Virus record (IMG/VR): IMGVR_UViG_3300024283_000010 | Span: 1-64,000 of that record | Source of the DNA: a virus | Lineage: Duplodnaviria > Caudoviricetes | Direction: 5' to 3' (one strand) | DNA length: 64,000 nucleotides | Shown here: positions 1-12,250 of the stretch, piece by piece | How the letters are laid out: each line of letters begins with the position of its first letter | Numbering within the stretch: the stretch's first letter is position 1 | The notes under the pieces: model-generated | Databases searched by the model: none | The model's input: only the letters and a program-made list of their open reading frames with translations | Told to the model about the DNA's origin: nothing | Program-made: the position numbers and the translations under genes

Positions 1-2
1 GA

Positions 3-3000
3 CAAGATTTTGTTCAGGGAGTAGCAGAACCTTTCGGGCTGGATAAATATGCTCAGGGAAGCCCATTGACGGCATTAGGCAATATAGCCACCTCACCAGC
101 AGCTATATTCGGTGCTATTGGTGGTGCAGGTGAGGCATTAGGAAAATTAGGCAATCACAGAGCGCCAATAATTGAAAGTTTACAGAACGATAGTTCCCCT
201 GAAAATGTTACAGCAGTAAAAGCGCAGTTAGCGCAAACGGGTCAGGAAAAAGGATGGACAGAACAGGAAATAACCGACGCAAGCAAAGGTGTTGATCTAT
301 TAGCTTCAACCGTAGGGAAACTACCTAAAACCCTGCCGCCTGAAAAGATGCAGAAAGGGGTATCGATTGTTTTAGGACAGGATGCATTAAAGGAAAGTTT
401 AGATAAGATGCGGCAGGAACGTGCGCAGTTACATCCGTCCGTATCAGAAATACCCTCTCCACAGGAAGAATTGATACAGAATAAGATCGATCAGGCTGAT
501 GACAAGTTAAGAGGATTAGTGACAGGTGAAAGAGCAACTTATTCCAAAGGAACAGAAGCCAATGGCGATGAAGGACAATATTTTAAAACAGTTGGTGGTG
601 TTAAAGAACCAATAACTAAATCCCGTTATGAACTGGAAGCGATGGAACGGGATGTAAAAGCAGGTAAAGTAGAACAAGCAAATGAATCACAAAATAAACC
701 GATTACTGAAAATGGCGTACCTGAAACACCACCAGAAGCCCCTGTTGAAAAAGTTAATGAAGAACCTCAAGTTGATTTAAAGGCACAACAAGCGGATACG
801 GACGCTAAGATAGCGGAGTTTCAAAAGAACTTCCCTGACCATCATATAGACTTAATGGAAGATTTACCGGAGCATGTGGTAAGAACTTTTGACAGGGTTG
901 ATGCTGATTTACCAACTGACCCCGTTGCTGTTAATGAAGCAAGTGATTGGCTGTACAATAAGTATAAGCAACTGACTAAAATGAAAGAGTCAGATACCCG
1001 AAGGCTTACTGTACCTCAAATCGAGGCTATGCAGGAGCAGTTGGGAGAAGATATTACTACTTTAGAAAACCATAAATTAAAATATCATGGAGAAGAAGCC
1101 AAAACCCAACCTGAAACATCGGCTGATACAGGCACAATTAGTGAATCCGACAAAGCCGAAGTCAGACAAGAAATAGCACAACAGAAAGGAGAAAATACAG
1201 ATGCCACTACAACAGGGGTCGAGCCGACAAGCGGTATCGAACAACATCAAGACGGAAATGTCAGCGGGCAAACCGCAGAAACAGGCAATAGCGATAGCGT
1301 TGTCGGTAGCGGGGAAATCAAACAAGGTGAACCACTCCCACCAAGCGGCAGCGAAAATGCACAGCCAAAAGAAGAACCACGACCCGCTATTGAGGGAGAT
1401 GGATTAAAGGTAGCTGATAAAGCTAAAGCACTTGCTGACAAGATACGTGCCTTAAAATCAGACCGTAGTCAACTTCACGGTGGATTGGAAGGTATTGCCG
1501 TAGCTACATGGGACGGTGCATTAGAGACCGTTGCTACCGTTATTGAAAAAGGTGGTGAACTTGCAGATGCTATTAACGAAGGAGTAAAGCATATTTTAAA
1601 TGCTCATCCTGAATTAAAAGAGGAAGAAGTGCGTAAAAAACTGGATGAAGATATTAATGGCGTAGCTGAAGAACTTACTGGTGATAATACAGATGGTGGT
1701 AAAGAAGTGAAGAAAACTATTCTCACTAAACGGGCCTATGAAGGTGATATTCAGCCTGAAGTAAAGAAATACCTTGAAGAAAAAGGATTAACCCGTCAGT
1801 CATTCAGTCAGGAAGAACGTTCTAAGCAAGCCACTGACTTTATAAACAAGTTCGGTGAAGATGCTGCGCATATGGCTGTTGAAAATGGCGACATTGAAGG
1901 CGGTATGGCTGCGTCTATCTTAGCACAGTTGCAGATACGTAATAGCCGTGAAATTGCTGATTTACCACAAGGAAGCGATGAACGGGATGCTCTTGCCAAA
2001 AAACAAGCTGACCTCATTGCCTTAATGGAGAAAAAAGGGTATTTAGGCGGTGAGTTCAACGGACAGTTAGCACATGAATACCAAAATGCTGAATTGGATT
2101 ATGCCAATGTAAAAAGTCAGGTCGAAAAATTAACAGGCAAGCCATTAACAGAAGTACAGGAAAAGAAAGTTCAAACACTGACTTCTGAAAATGAAACCCT
2201 GAAAAATAAACTACAGGAAGCGGAATCAAAACTCATAGAAGAAACCGATAAGGCATTTAAGGCAGGTGAGCAAGCAGCTAAAGACGAAACTAAGTCTCAA
2301 AAAGCTAAACGTATAGCAGATAATCTAAGAAAGAATGCTAAATTAAGTAGACCCGGAGTATTTAGTGCGGCTACGCCTGCTTCGTTAGTGTGGGATGGTG
2401 CAATTGAGATTGCTGCAAAAAGTATAGAAGCTGGTGGTAAAATAGCTGATGCTATTGATGCTGGGATTAAACACATACAGGAATCAGATTGGTATAAATC
2501 ATTACCACAAAATAAAAAGGAGTTAGCTGAAAGAGAATTTAAGCGTTTTAATAATGATAAAAGTGGTTCTACAGACTTGGCTGATTTACAGGAAAGGTTT
2601 GCAGATAAAACTGATAATAAATTTACCACAGAAGAAGCCCGTGATATTTGGGGTTATATGAAGCAAACCTATATTGAAAATGGGACTTCTTACCGGGATG
2701 CTTTGTCAAAAACAGTACAAGATTTAGGTCTTTCATGGAGACAAGTAAGTGAAGCGGTCACTACGCCAAAGCTAAAACGAGTATCGGATGAAATGTGGAA
2801 AAGGCAGGCTGATTTAGCCCGAAATATAGCAGGAATAAAAAATTGGATAGCAGATCAAAATAAGTCTGCTCTTGGCAAAGCATTACAGAAAATATCAGGT
2901 TTATTCAGGGGTGTAGCCGTATTTGGTCACGGGGGTATATTCGTTGGCACGCACGCGGGTATGACTGCGTTTAATCCCTCTATGTGGAACAAGACAATTC

Positions 3001-4115
3001 CTGCATTTTTCAGGGGATGGAAATTCGCCTACGGTAACGAAGGTAATTATCAACGCGCCCTTGAAGAACTTAAAAACAGTCCTAATTATTTGATTGCTCA
3101 ACGTTCGGGATTAAAAAATAATCCTGATAGGGTAAATACAGAAGAATATCAAAAGAGCCAACATTTTTTAGGCAAACTTGGTATGGCAGGGGAGAAAGGA
3201 TTTAATGCCATTAAAGTATTAAGACAAGATTTATTTGACTATCATTTTAACAAACTTTCACCCGCTGAAAGAGATGACCCAAATGTAGCTAAAAGTGTAG
3301 CACATTTAGTTAACCTTGCTACAGGCGCTACTAATGTAAAAATACCTGCTTGGGTGAATGAAGCATCATTTGCAGGAGGTATGGAGGCGGCAAGATGGGA
3401 AAAGCTCACTGCAAGCCCAGTAAAGGCTACCCAAACTACATTAAACACTATATTTAATCCATCAAAAGCAACTGCATCTGATAGGGTATTTGCTAAAATA
3501 TGGGCGCGTAGGGTGGGCGAGCAACTAGCCACTTATAGTGCTTTATTATTGGCTAATTCAGCTATTCAAAATAACGTTAATCCAAAAAACCCTGTTAACT
3601 ATACTAACCCCGACAAGCCGGATTTCATGAAGTTTAAGTTTGGTGATGTGACGATTGACCCTACGTCCGGCATGCGAGGTGCGGCTATGTTTATGAGAAC
3701 AATTGGTAAGATACCGTTTGAAAGTAAACAAGAACTACACGGAGATAAGAGAATAGCGGTTGCAGGAAAGCAAATAGCGGGTTATGCAAGGGGAAAATTA
3801 GCACCGCTATATGGGACAGCCGCAGACTTTTTTTCAGGAACAGATTTTAGTGGTAATGTTTTGCCATATAGCAATGATAAACCAAGTGGACACGCTCACA
3901 AGCTAACGTGGGGAGAATATGCTTGGAATAAAGCACCATTGCCCGTAGCAGAAGCAGCAAGTGTGGCTTATAAATCAGCAATAGAACACGGAGCGCATAA
4001 AATGACATTGGATAACGTAATTAATGGTATTATGTCGGGCGCTATTTCAGGCACTACAGGGTTCAGGGTAGGGGAATATGATGCTAACGCACCGGAGAAT
4101 AAAAAGAAACGGTAA
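3..4115 (+). CDS. Large acidic/helical virion-associated protein (DNA ejection/internal core type), 5'-truncated
   Basis: Frame is open from position 3 ([12 protein letters not shown]...), so it begins upstream of the window; >1349 aa, Ala/Glu/Lys-rich, precedes fibre-like genes; internal 59-aa duplication. Confidence 0.55.
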   Translation, partial: QDFVQGVAEPFGLDKYAQGSPLTALGNIATSPAAIFGAIGGAGEALGKLGNHRAPIIESLQNDSSPENVTAVKAQLAQTGQEKGWTEQEITDASKGVDLLASTVGKLPKTLPPEKMQKGVSIVLGQDALKESLDKMRQERAQLHPSVSEIPSPQEELIQNKIDQADDKLRGLVTGERATYSKGTEANGDEGQYFKTVGGVKEPITKSRYELEAMERDVKAGKVEQANESQNKPITENGVPETPPEAPVEKVNEEPQVDLKAQQADTDAKIAEFQKNFPDHHIDLMEDLPEHVVRTFDRVDADLPTDPVAVNEASDWLYNKYKQLTKMKESDTRRLTVPQIEAMQEQLGEDITTLENHKLKYHGEEAKTQPETSADTGTISESDKAEVRQEIAQQKGENTDATTTGVEPTSGIEQHQDGNVSGQTAETGNSDSVVGSGEIKQGEPLPPSGSENAQPKEEPRPAIEGDGLKVADKAKALADKIRALKSDRSQLHGGLEGIAVATWDGALETVATVIEKGGELADAINEGVKHILNAHPELKEEEVRKKLDEDINGVAEELTGDNTDGGKEVKKTILTKRAYEGDIQPEVKKYLEEKGLTRQSFSQEERSKQATDFINKFGEDAAHMAVENGDIEGGMAASILAQLQIRNSREIADLPQGSDERDALAKKQADLIALMEKKGYLGGEFNGQLAHEYQNAELDYANVKSQVEKLTGKPLTEVQEKKVQTLTSENETLKNKLQEAESKLIEETDKAFKAGEQAAKDETKSQKAKRIADNLRKNAKLSRPGVFSAATPASLVWDGAIEIAAKSIEAGGKIADAIDAGIKHIQESDWYKSLPQNKKELAEREFKRFNNDKSGSTDLADLQERFADKTDNKFTTEEARDIWGYMKQTYIENGTSYRDALSKTVQDLGLSWRQVSEAVTTPKLKRVSDEMWKRQADLARNIAGIKNWIADQNKSALGKALQKISGLFRGVAVFGHGGIFVGTHAGMTAFNPSMWNKTIPAFFRGWKFAYGNEGNYQRALEELKNSPNYLIAQRSGLKNNPDRVNTEEYQKSQHFLGKLGMAGEKGFNAIKVLRQDLFDYHFNKLSPAERDDPNVAKSVAHLVNLATGATNVKIPAWVNEASFAGGMEAARWEKLTASPVKATQTTLNTIFNPSKATASDRVFAKIWARRVGEQLATYSALLLANSAIQNNVNPKNPVNYTNPDKPDFMKFKFGDVTIDPTSGMRGAAMFMRTIGKIPFESKQELHGDKRIAVAGKQIAGYARGKLAPLYGTAADFFSGTDFSGNVLPYSNDKPSGHAHKLTWGEYAWNKAPLPVAEAASVAYKSAIEHGAHKMTLDNVINGIMSGAISGTTGFRVGEYDANAPENKKKR

Positions 4116-4154
4116 TATTATTAAAAATATTTATATTTAGAAAACTTTTAAGAC

Positions 4155-4652
4155 ATGGCAGTTTTTCAACCATCCGTATCACTTTCGCAGTCAGCAGATG
4201 GCTCAACTGTCATCATAACAGACACCTCAAATTATTCTGACAACACTGACGGTGTGACACTTGGAAATATCGGGTCACGTATCGACACTATCACAGATGG
4301 TCTTGGAAACGATATAGCAGTTGTAACATTTGCACCGTCTTACCTTACTGCACAGATAACCATTACTAAAGATTATTATTTACATAATGCCTTAGTATTT
4401 ACCCTTCAGGGTGGTTCACAGGTAACAGGTACAGAAAATGCTTTAATGGATAACTTCTATAACAACGCTGCAAGAGAAGTATCACGTAAACTAAGATGCT
4501 GTACCTGCCATAAGTTATGTAATGCTGCGGTGAAAGCAGATTTAGCACATAGCGAAGCGGTAACAGCAACTTTATTCGACGTCCCGTCAGAAGCGCAAAA
4601 TGCGATTGATGACGCTAACGCACTGATAAATTTGGAGGAATGCGGATGCTAA
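4155..4652 (+). CDS. Putative virion structural protein
   Basis: 165-aa ORF, beta-rich N-terminus, Cys-containing helical C-terminus; first gene after an AT-rich spacer, in the structural block. Confidence 0.5.
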   Translation: MAVFQPSVSLSQSADGSTVIITDTSNYSDNTDGVTLGNIGSRIDTITDGLGNDIAVVTFAPSYLTAQITITKDYYLHNALVFTLQGGSQVTGTENALMDNFYNNAAREVSRKLRCCTCHKLCNAAVKADLAHSEAVTATLFDVPSEAQNAIDDANALINLEECGC

Positions 4653-5425
4653 CGCAGCAGCAATATACCGATGTTGTATACACCGCGTCACGGGCAAATG
4701 CCGCTTTGGTAAAAACTTTACGCGAAAAAGAAGCATTAGGGTGTGTTGTGAAGTGGAATACGGCTTCATGTCAGGGTTTAAAGATCAAGTCAGGTTTCTT
4801 TTCATTAAGGGTAGGTGATTATTCAAGTGAGGCAGCAGTTGATATTTACAATCAGTTATTAGATATTGGCTCAACATGGGCGGGTGGTATTGCTTTTGAC
4901 CCTAACGCACAAGTACCGGGAACAACAATAAATATTACTACCGTTCTGAATGCTCAGGCTAACTACGACAGAATTAAATTTGGTGTGGGTGGTGGTGTTA
5001 ATACTATATCTTTAAGTAATTTTCAAGCCACTTACGCAGTTAAATACGGAGACAATGCTATTGTTCAATTATTTATAACTACGGACGATTTCGCGACCAT
5101 GCAGGAAGATACCGGCACAGTACCAACGATAGTAAATTTAGGTGGGGATGTAAATAAACCTGACTCATACACTTGGACATTTGGTATACCTACAACAGGT
5201 TATATTCAAATAACAGGGTTTATACCACAAGGTGCAAACATTGTTTCGCCACCAATAACTAACGATAGTGATGTGCTACTTGATGATGCTACGTTAAACG
5301 GACTTTATCCAACGGCACTTTGGGGGCAATTGATACTACTACCAAACGTACCCGCTAAATATCTTAAACTTGACAATTCACCAACAGGACAATGGGACTT
5401 ACAAACATATACACCAAATACTTAA
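4640..5425 (+). CDS. Putative virion structural protein
   Basis: 261-aa ORF overlapping both neighbours; Gly/Thr-rich beta-type composition. Confidence 0.5.
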   Translation: MRMLTQQQYTDVVYTASRANAALVKTLREKEALGCVVKWNTASCQGLKIKSGFFSLRVGDYSSEAAVDIYNQLLDIGSTWAGGIAFDPNAQVPGTTINITTVLNAQANYDRIKFGVGGGVNTISLSNFQATYAVKYGDNAIVQLFITTDDFATMQEDTGTVPTIVNLGGDVNKPDSYTWTFGIPTTGYIQITGFIPQGANIVSPPITNDSDVLLDDATLNGLYPTALWGQLILLPNVPAKYLKLDNSPTGQWDLQTYTPNT

Positions 5426-6711
5426 TAGTAGCATTATTGCTATTTGGGCTTGGTGCATCTGCCCAAACCACGGTCATTCCTGATAAGTTACGCATAAAAA
5501 CCGTACCTAGAAATCCTGCTTTAAATGATATGATGGTGACTATTGATACAAATGGCAACATCAAAAAAGATACGATACATACGGGTGGAGGGGGTGGTTC
5601 TGCTACAGGCGTAAACGGAAATACAGGGACTACCAATATCGGGTGGGGTGGTACGTTCAATCAAAATACAACTGAAACGTTAGCAGGGTATAATTTTATC
5701 CTTAATCAAGGCTCTACAGGGGACATATTACTATTTTACCGAAATAGCACACAGGTAGCTAAAATAAATAACACAGGTCAGTTATTCGGTTCGGGAATAA
5801 GCAACAACTCAACAGGCAACAACGCGCAGATTTCAACTTCTACGACGGGGGTATATATCAACAGGAATATAGCCGATACACATCCGGTGTTGACTTTACA
5901 GAATTACAGCATTGCCAATACCTCTGATATATTACGTGTTAACGGTTCGTATAGCCCAACATGGCTCGGAGTGGGGTATAATGGGTTGCTAACCAAGTCA
6001 TCGTACATACAGGCGTCAGGCGCGTTTGCAAGGGGCGCTACCTATACCGATGTACTACAACCAACAGCTAATGGTGACTTATTAGTTGGTATGGACGTTC
6101 GTCCGGTGTTTGGTACATCAATTATTAGCGGATATAACACCTTAGTTGGAGGTAGTGGGTACGGCACAGGCGTTTACAACGTAGTATTAACAGGCGGTAC
6201 AGGAGCAGGTGCATCAGCAACATTAACCGCTACAGCCGGAGCAATAACAGGAATAGCTATCCTTAACCCCGGTGTAAACTACACCGTAGGAGATGTTTTA
6301 GGCGCTGTAGTGACTGATTCGCAGGGAAATGTTATAGGGAGTGGTTTTAGTATTAGAGTGGCATCTATAACTTCCTATACAGGAACACAGAATATTGCAC
6401 TAAGGACTTATGGACTTGATAACTACGACCAAGAGTATACTTATACGGCCAATAGTAAAGTCAGTAAGACTTATGTCGATGGAAGGGTGATTTCAAACAG
6501 TTACTCTTTGTTCGCATCAGCAACGACAACCTTTACGGTTACTATTGGAACGACAATGACAAATAATACATATAGGGTAATAGTTCAACCAACGTCTGCT
6601 AACGCAATAGTTGGACACTATGTAACCAATAAAACTACTACAACTTTCGATGTGGTGTTTCCAAGTGGATTAAACGGCACAACAACTTTTGATTGGTCGG
6701 TAATGAAATAG
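5392..6711 (+). CDS. Fibre/adhesin-like protein with signal-peptide-like N-terminus
   Basis: 439 aa, G/T/N-rich; hydrophobic N-terminus ending ASA-Q; C-terminal 'VTNKTTTTFDV..FDWSVM' H-type-lectin/gp53-like tail end. Confidence 0.55.
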   Translation: MGLTNIYTKYLIVALLLFGLGASAQTTVIPDKLRIKTVPRNPALNDMMVTIDTNGNIKKDTIHTGGGGGSATGVNGNTGTTNIGWGGTFNQNTTETLAGYNFILNQGSTGDILLFYRNSTQVAKINNTGQLFGSGISNNSTGNNAQISTSTTGVYINRNIADTHPVLTLQNYSIANTSDILRVNGSYSPTWLGVGYNGLLTKSSYIQASGAFARGATYTDVLQPTANGDLLVGMDVRPVFGTSIISGYNTLVGGSGYGTGVYNVVLTGGTGAGASATLTATAGAITGIAILNPGVNYTVGDVLGAVVTDSQGNVIGSGFSIRVASITSYTGTQNIALRTYGLDNYDQEYTYTANSKVSKTYVDGRVISNSYSLFASATTTFTVTIGTTMTNNTYRVIVQPTSANAIVGHYVTNKTTTTFDVVFPSGLNGTTTFDWSVMK

Positions 6712-6715
6712 TTAA

Positions 6716-8752
6716 ATGAAGAAATTACTTTTAATATTACTCTTAATACTCCCTGCTTGGGTTTTTGCTCAACAGACTCAACCTGTTAATCCTGTTCCAA
6801 AGCCACAAGGTTCATGGTATTTAGAACCATCTACAGGGATTAAATGGACTTTTGACGGCACAAGTTGGTATCCATTTTACTCACTTACACCACCTAATAC
6901 AGTCCTGACTGGTCTTTCACTGACCGTTGTTTCAAGTACTTTAACTGTTCACACAGGTACGTGGAGAATTAATAATCAAGTTTATACTTTAGGAAGCAAC
7001 ACTAATTTTACGTTACAAGCACGTGACAGTGTTTACTCAAGGTACGAAACGATTTACGCTACAAAAGCGAATAATGGTATAGGAATTAAAGTTGGCGTAC
7101 TTAGCCCAACACCGATTCAACCGTCTGTAGGTACTGACACGCTTATCGTAGGGGCAGTACTAATAACCCCCACAGCAACCACTATTATACCACCGGGGCC
7201 GTCAAATCAGTTTGTGTTCAGTCAACCAACTGTACAGCAAAGCTACGCTAATCCGTGGACACGAACTGAACGTACAGACACTCTTAAAATTGGAGGCCAT
7301 TATATTCTACCCCCCATAGACGGTACAAGTGGTCAGGTGATACAGACAGATGGCGCAGGAAATCTTTTTTGGTCTAATCAGGCTATTTATTTGCCCGGAT
7401 TTGGGCTAAACTTAGTTGGGCAGACTTTTATCGTAGACACCACCAAAATGTCTACAATAACTGGTATGATGGACACGCTACGGAAGAATGCGGCTCATTT
7501 TAATCCTAAACAATTTATTATTGGTAATGACACTATTAACCTTAATCCTAGGGATACCACTACGGTAGACAGCGTGTTAGGTATGAAGGCAGGCAGATTG
7601 TATAAGGGTAAAATTAGCGGAGGTGGTACGCTTACAGCGGCCAATAATGGGCTTACTGTGTCTGGTACTACAGTACAATTAGGTGGTACATTAATTCAAA
7701 ACACAGACATACTCACAGGTGCAAGCAATGAGTTTAAGGTAACAAGCGCAACTGGCACAGGGAACACGGCTAACATGCAATTATTTAATGGCGTTTTTAC
7801 GGCTAATTTCGTAAAGACAGCTGCGGGTAGTTCATTTTTACAGGCGGGAGTAAACGGTTCAGGGCCGCAAGCGCAGATAGGATATACCAACCCCGCAAAT
7901 AATCAAAAAAATGCAGTGTTTGGTCTTACAAATACAGGGATATTAGTAACTGAAACAGTTGATGGATATGGATTTATTTACGATAGTGACCACTCAACTA
8001 ACCAAAGGTTACAAAGGCTTTCGATACCATCAGTTGGAACAACGATACAATTGATAGATAGCGCTAAAGCAACTATCAGTGGAGGAATCACAGCCTTAAC
8101 AGGTGACGTAACGGCATCAGGCCCCGGAAGTGCAGCAGCTACTTTAGCAACTGTTAATAGCAATGTAGGCTCATTTGGGGATGCTACGCACGTAGGTGCT
8201 TTTACAGTGAACGGAAAGGGTTTAATAACTGCCGCTTCTTCCACAGCAATAACATTCCCGGTAACCGCCTCAAATAGTGTAGCGTTTACAAATAAAACAG
8301 GTAATATAAGTCAGTGGACTAATGATAGCGGTTATCTCACAGGCAACCAAACCATATCCTTTGCCCCTACAGGAGACGTAACAGGCAGTACGACAGGAAC
8401 GACAACGCTCGCACCTGCTTTGACATTAGCTAACACAGCAGTAACAGCAGGAAGTTATACGAACGCCAATATAACGGTAGACGCCAAAGGAAGGTTGACA
8501 GCGGCAAGTAATGGAAGTGGTGGAGGATTAACAACATCCAACTTTGTTTGGTCGGAAGTGCCAAGTGGAACGGTGAATGGCAGTAACGTTACTTTTACTT
8601 TAGCCAATACCCCGACAAGCGGGACGGTAAGATTGTATGAGAATGGTTTGAGATTAAAGGTAACTACCGATTATACTATATCAGGTTCTACTATAACATT
8701 TGTATCTGCACCATTAACTGGAGATTTATTACTTAGTGATTATTTAAAATGA
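6716..8752 (+). CDS. Fibre-like protein with Sec signal peptide
   Basis: 678 aa; [19 protein letters not shown]; repeated 'LTGDVT..G', '[18 protein letters not shown]' fibre motifs; C-terminal '[20 protein letters not shown]' domain common in phage structural proteins. Confidence 0.6.
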   Translation: MKKLLLILLLILPAWVFAQQTQPVNPVPKPQGSWYLEPSTGIKWTFDGTSWYPFYSLTPPNTVLTGLSLTVVSSTLTVHTGTWRINNQVYTLGSNTNFTLQARDSVYSRYETIYATKANNGIGIKVGVLSPTPIQPSVGTDTLIVGAVLITPTATTIIPPGPSNQFVFSQPTVQQSYANPWTRTERTDTLKIGGHYILPPIDGTSGQVIQTDGAGNLFWSNQAIYLPGFGLNLVGQTFIVDTTKMSTITGMMDTLRKNAAHFNPKQFIIGNDTINLNPRDTTTVDSVLGMKAGRLYKGKISGGGTLTAANNGLTVSGTTVQLGGTLIQNTDILTGASNEFKVTSATGTGNTANMQLFNGVFTANFVKTAAGSSFLQAGVNGSGPQAQIGYTNPANNQKNAVFGLTNTGILVTETVDGYGFIYDSDHSTNQRLQRLSIPSVGTTIQLIDSAKATISGGITALTGDVTASGPGSAAATLATVNSNVGSFGDATHVGAFTVNGKGLITAASSTAITFPVTASNSVAFTNKTGNISQWTNDSGYLTGNQTISFAPTGDVTGSTTGTTTLAPALTLANTAVTAGSYTNANITVDAKGRLTAASNGSGGGLTTSNFVWSEVPSGTVNGSNVTFTLANTPTSGTVRLYENGLRLKVTTDYTISGSTITFVSAPLTGDLLLSDYLK

Positions 8753-11052
8753 AGAAACTACTTTTTATATTACTCTTAGCGCCTTTGTTTGTTTTTGGGC
8801 AGACGAAGATAAAGACGAATCAAATCAATCCCACTTTACCTGCTAATTTTAAAATAATTAGCAATGGTAAATACTTCGGAGCAGACACTGCTTACTTTGG
8901 AAATGTATTAACAAGACCGTCTTTAAGTGGAAATTTTGTATTTACAGGCGATAGCTTTGTGGCTGGTACCGGAGCTAGTCCATCAACACTCCGGTTTTCA
9001 ACTCAACTATCTGCCTTAATGGGCTTAACCGAAGTTAACGGGGGGCATCCGGGTATAAGTTTAGGTGCATCAGGTGGTACATCAGTGGTTAGTAATTTGA
9101 GTACATACATTCCAACTAAGGGCGGGAGTGACGTTTTTTTATTAATATGCTATGGTCAAAATGACGTTAATGTCAACACAGGAACTTATTTTGAACACCA
9201 ATTTGCGGCCGATGTTGTAACTGTACTAAATTACGCCACTTCTCACGGATGGGCAGCTAACCAAATATGGTGGACAAATATCGGCTTTAATGAAACAACA
9301 TTAGCTAGCGCAATACCGGGTGGATTAACATTAGCTCAATATACTTCAAGGCAACGTCAATTTAGTTTTGCTATAGATTCAATAGCGGCACTTAATGGAT
9401 GTGTTAATGTTAAAATACAGCAACTTATAAGGTATCAGGGGGCTACTCAATTAGTCGCATCCGATAATCAGCACCCAAATAATTTGGGGCATACGCTCAT
9501 TGCAAAATTAGCTTATAATACATATTACCCTAATTTATGGCAAGACAGTCATCAATTGGAAGCAAGTGGATTAACTCAATTAAACCAGGTTCAGTTACCC
9601 AAAATAAATACATTACCTATCGGTGCGACCATAGCGCCTAATTTACTTGGTGTAACCACAGGTGATACGGTAGGTAGGCTAATTCAATTGCCATCAGGAT
9701 TGGGTACGGCAACAGGCGGAAATTTCTATATAAACGGCCCTGTTATACAAACCAACTGGACTACACCGTCCGGGTATACGATACAAAACAATGACATTTT
9801 GCTCACACAAGCGGGTAGGGTAACTGGTATATTTAGTTCCAACACTGGTTTTAATATCTATAATTACTTACAACCAGTAGATAATGGTGGTGGTATGGAT
9901 TTGGTAACCAATGGTAGTATTGTCGGTGCTATAAATCTTATGCCCGGAAATTCGACGGCATTTTCCGTCAATTCAGCTTTAAAGGCAACGTTCTATGGAG
10001 ATTTACAGGGACAGGTAAATAAAAAATATTATTATGACTCCGGCACTTATCAAGGTGGCTTTATTCCGTTTGGAAGTACGGGAGGTGTTTCAACAAGTGT
10101 GTATAACAGCTATTCGCTTGGTTTTATAAATTTCTTAGTGAGCAATGGTTCTAATGGTGGATCATTGGAGGCGGGTCGAATTTATAGAAATGGGCATTTG
10201 CTTTGGGGCGGTACGGTAGATAATGGGTTTAATATTGATGTAACAGGTAACGGCAGATTCACTACAAGCTTTTCTGTTGGTAGCTTATTAGCACCTACAC
10301 TAAGTAGTGTTACCGGGTCTACATCAGGTGGTACGATAGCGGCAGGCGCACATTACTACGTTGTTTATCCGGTGGATGCTAATGGAGGTATCGGGCCAAC
10401 TTCAAATGAAACAGGTGTCACCAATACAGGTTCTACGAGTTCTAATGCCATTGTTTATACAGCGGTAACCGGAGCAGCTTCTTATCGCATCTACGTCGGC
10501 ACTACTCCCGGAGGTGAAAATCAATATATAACATCGTCAACAACAAGCGTTACAGATATAGGAAGTGGGTATACCGTAGCTGTCTTACCTACGCAGAACA
10601 ACTCCTACCTTGCCAATATTTCTTCCACAGGCTCAGCAACTTTCACCGGAATAAACAACGCGGCTCTTACCGCCTCAAAAGTAGTTTTCACCGATGCATC
10701 TAAAAACCTGACTTCTACAGGAATTGGCACAAGCTCGCAATATATATTAGGCGATGGAACATTAGGCACTATTGGAGCGAAGGCTCATACCATTTTTACC
10801 CCAACAACTGGTGGGACGATAACCCTTATTAACAATCAGTATAACATCGTAAACCCGGCAGGTGCTTTGGTTTCGCTAACGGTTAATTTGCCCTCATCGC
10901 CTGCAAACAATGATTGTGTATTTATAAAGTACACTCAGGCCGTGACAACGGTAACATATTCGGGAGGTACAGTGATAGATGGCATCGTATCTCCTGCCGC
11001 TGGTGGGTTAGTGGTATTAACATACGACAGTTTAAGTTCATCTTGGTATTGA
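8749..11052 (+). CDS. Fibre/spike-like protein with SGNH/GDSL hydrolase domain and signal peptide
   Basis: SGNH blocks visible: FTGDSF (I), GHPG (II), YGQND (III), DNQHPN (V); followed by G/T/S-rich fibre-like region. Confidence 0.7.
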   Translation: MKKLLFILLLAPLFVFGQTKIKTNQINPTLPANFKIISNGKYFGADTAYFGNVLTRPSLSGNFVFTGDSFVAGTGASPSTLRFSTQLSALMGLTEVNGGHPGISLGASGGTSVVSNLSTYIPTKGGSDVFLLICYGQNDVNVNTGTYFEHQFAADVVTVLNYATSHGWAANQIWWTNIGFNETTLASAIPGGLTLAQYTSRQRQFSFAIDSIAALNGCVNVKIQQLIRYQGATQLVASDNQHPNNLGHTLIAKLAYNTYYPNLWQDSHQLEASGLTQLNQVQLPKINTLPIGATIAPNLLGVTTGDTVGRLIQLPSGLGTATGGNFYINGPVIQTNWTTPSGYTIQNNDILLTQAGRVTGIFSSNTGFNIYNYLQPVDNGGGMDLVTNGSIVGAINLMPGNSTAFSVNSALKATFYGDLQGQVNKKYYYDSGTYQGGFIPFGSTGGVSTSVYNSYSLGFINFLVSNGSNGGSLEAGRIYRNGHLLWGGTVDNGFNIDVTGNGRFTTSFSVGSLLAPTLSSVTGSTSGGTIAAGAHYYVVYPVDANGGIGPTSNETGVTNTGSTSSNAIVYTAVTGAASYRIYVGTTPGGENQYITSSTTSVTDIGSGYTVAVLPTQNNSYLANISSTGSATFTGINNAALTASKVVFTDASKNLTSTGIGTSSQYILGDGTLGTIGAKAHTIFTPTTGGTITLINNQYNIVNPAGALVSLTVNLPSSPANNDCVFIKYTQAVTTVTYSGGTVIDGIVSPAAGGLVVLTYDSLSSSWY

Positions 11053-11076
11053 TAAAATATATTCCTATATTTATAT

Positions 11077-11703
11077 ATGGGAAAAAGACTAAGAGTTATT
11101 TATACGACGGGGCAATTGATAGGAGATTGCATATTTTTGAGCGACGAGCCATATTTGATTACCAACGGCGTCAAAAGAAGAATGGCTAAATTTAAGTGTA
11201 TTTGCGGTAAGGAGTTCATAGATAGAATTGACAAAGTTCAAGGAGGAGGCAGTAAAGGTTGCGGGTGTAGAAAAGGCAATCCAACTCATGGATATACTAC
11301 AGGTCAAAAAACAGATGAATATAATATTTGGTGTAAAATAAAAGATCGTTGCAGGAATAAAAATGATCTTAGATACGGAGGAAGAGGAATTATAATTTGT
11401 GAAAGGTGGCTTGGTTCATTTGAAAACTTTTTATCAGACATGGGTAAAAGACCAACTCCTAAACATTCTATTGATCGTATTGACAATGATGGCAATTATG
11501 AACCGTCAAATTGCAAATGGGCAACAAAAACAGAACAGGCAAGAAACAGGCGATCTAATGTATTTATAACTTATAATAATGAAACACATTGTCTCAATGA
11601 ATGGGCTGAAAAATTATCTATGCCACCAATGACATTATGGTCACGGCTTTATAGATATGGCTGGTCAATTGAAAAAGCAATTACATTTCCAATTAGAAAA
11701 TAA
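11077..11703 (+). CDS. HNH homing endonuclease
   Basis: CxC..SxGCGC N-terminus and 'HSIDRIDNDGNYEPSNCKWAT..Q..N' HNH motif. Confidence 0.85.
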   Translation: MGKRLRVIYTTGQLIGDCIFLSDEPYLITNGVKRRMAKFKCICGKEFIDRIDKVQGGGSKGCGCRKGNPTHGYTTGQKTDEYNIWCKIKDRCRNKNDLRYGGRGIIICERWLGSFENFLSDMGKRPTPKHSIDRIDNDGNYEPSNCKWATKTEQARNRRSNVFITYNNETHCLNEWAEKLSMPPMTLWSRLYRYGWSIEKAITFPIRK

Positions 11704-11747
11704 CAACAACCTAGAATAGTAACACAATAATTTAAACTCACAATAAA

Positions 11748-11867
11748 ATGGCAAAGAAACAAAAACCAAAAAAACCACCGGTAGTGAAACCGATGACCGA
11801 CCCGCCGACTTGCCCACCGGGGTATGTATGGGACGCAGTATTGAAGAAATGCGTATTTGACGGATGA
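11748..11867 (+). CDS. 39-aa peptide with Lys/Pro-rich N-terminus and C-PPGYVW-x6-C motif
   Basis: Read manually: MAKKQKPKKPPVVKPMTDPPTCPPGYVWDAVLKKCVFDG; A-rich context before ATG; stop overlaps the next ATG (ATGA). Confidence 0.6.
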   Translation: MAKKQKPKKPPVVKPMTDPPTCPPGYVWDAVLKKCVFDG

Positions 11868-12232
11868 AGTTAAGGATAGCTACAACGATAATAATCGTGA
11901 CTCTTTACGTTGGCCTGTTCAATGTTTACATTTATGAGTTCACACGAATAGACCCGCATTATTCAAAACTGTTTTATGACTATCTTACGATAGGAGCATT
12001 GTCATTTTTTTTGATTGACTTGAAGTGTGGTTTTGTAAACTATCATCACAAGCAGTTTAACTTGTTGCTGATACTATGCGTAATAATGAACAACATCCTA
12101 CGGCTGTTTACCCATTTAGGATACTTACAGGATCAAAAGCCACAGCAAATGTATTATGCTTTTAATATTTCAGTTTTTTCAATAACTTTAACTATATTTT
12201 TTTGTGAAATCCGATACAAAACATTCAAGTGA
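11864..12232 (+). CDS. Small multi-pass (about 4 TM) membrane protein
   Basis: 122 aa with four hydrophobic segments. Confidence 0.65.
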   Translation: MKLRIATTIIIVTLYVGLFNVYIYEFTRIDPHYSKLFYDYLTIGALSFFLIDLKCGFVNYHHKQFNLLLILCVIMNNILRLFTHLGYLQDQKPQQMYYAFNISVFSITLTIFFCEIRYKTFK

Positions 12233-12250
12233 TTCAATTGTACCTTTTAA

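Noticed and set aside
325-3532. Antisense and alternative-frame ORFs within long genes (also inside 13449-15851, 52846-57365, 59601-63349)
   Set aside because: They are shadow ORFs fully overlapping well-supported genes and carry no recognisable motifs.
5392-11052. Diversity-generating retroelement acting on fibre genes
   Set aside because: No reverse transcriptase ORF and no TR/VR pair noticed in the window.
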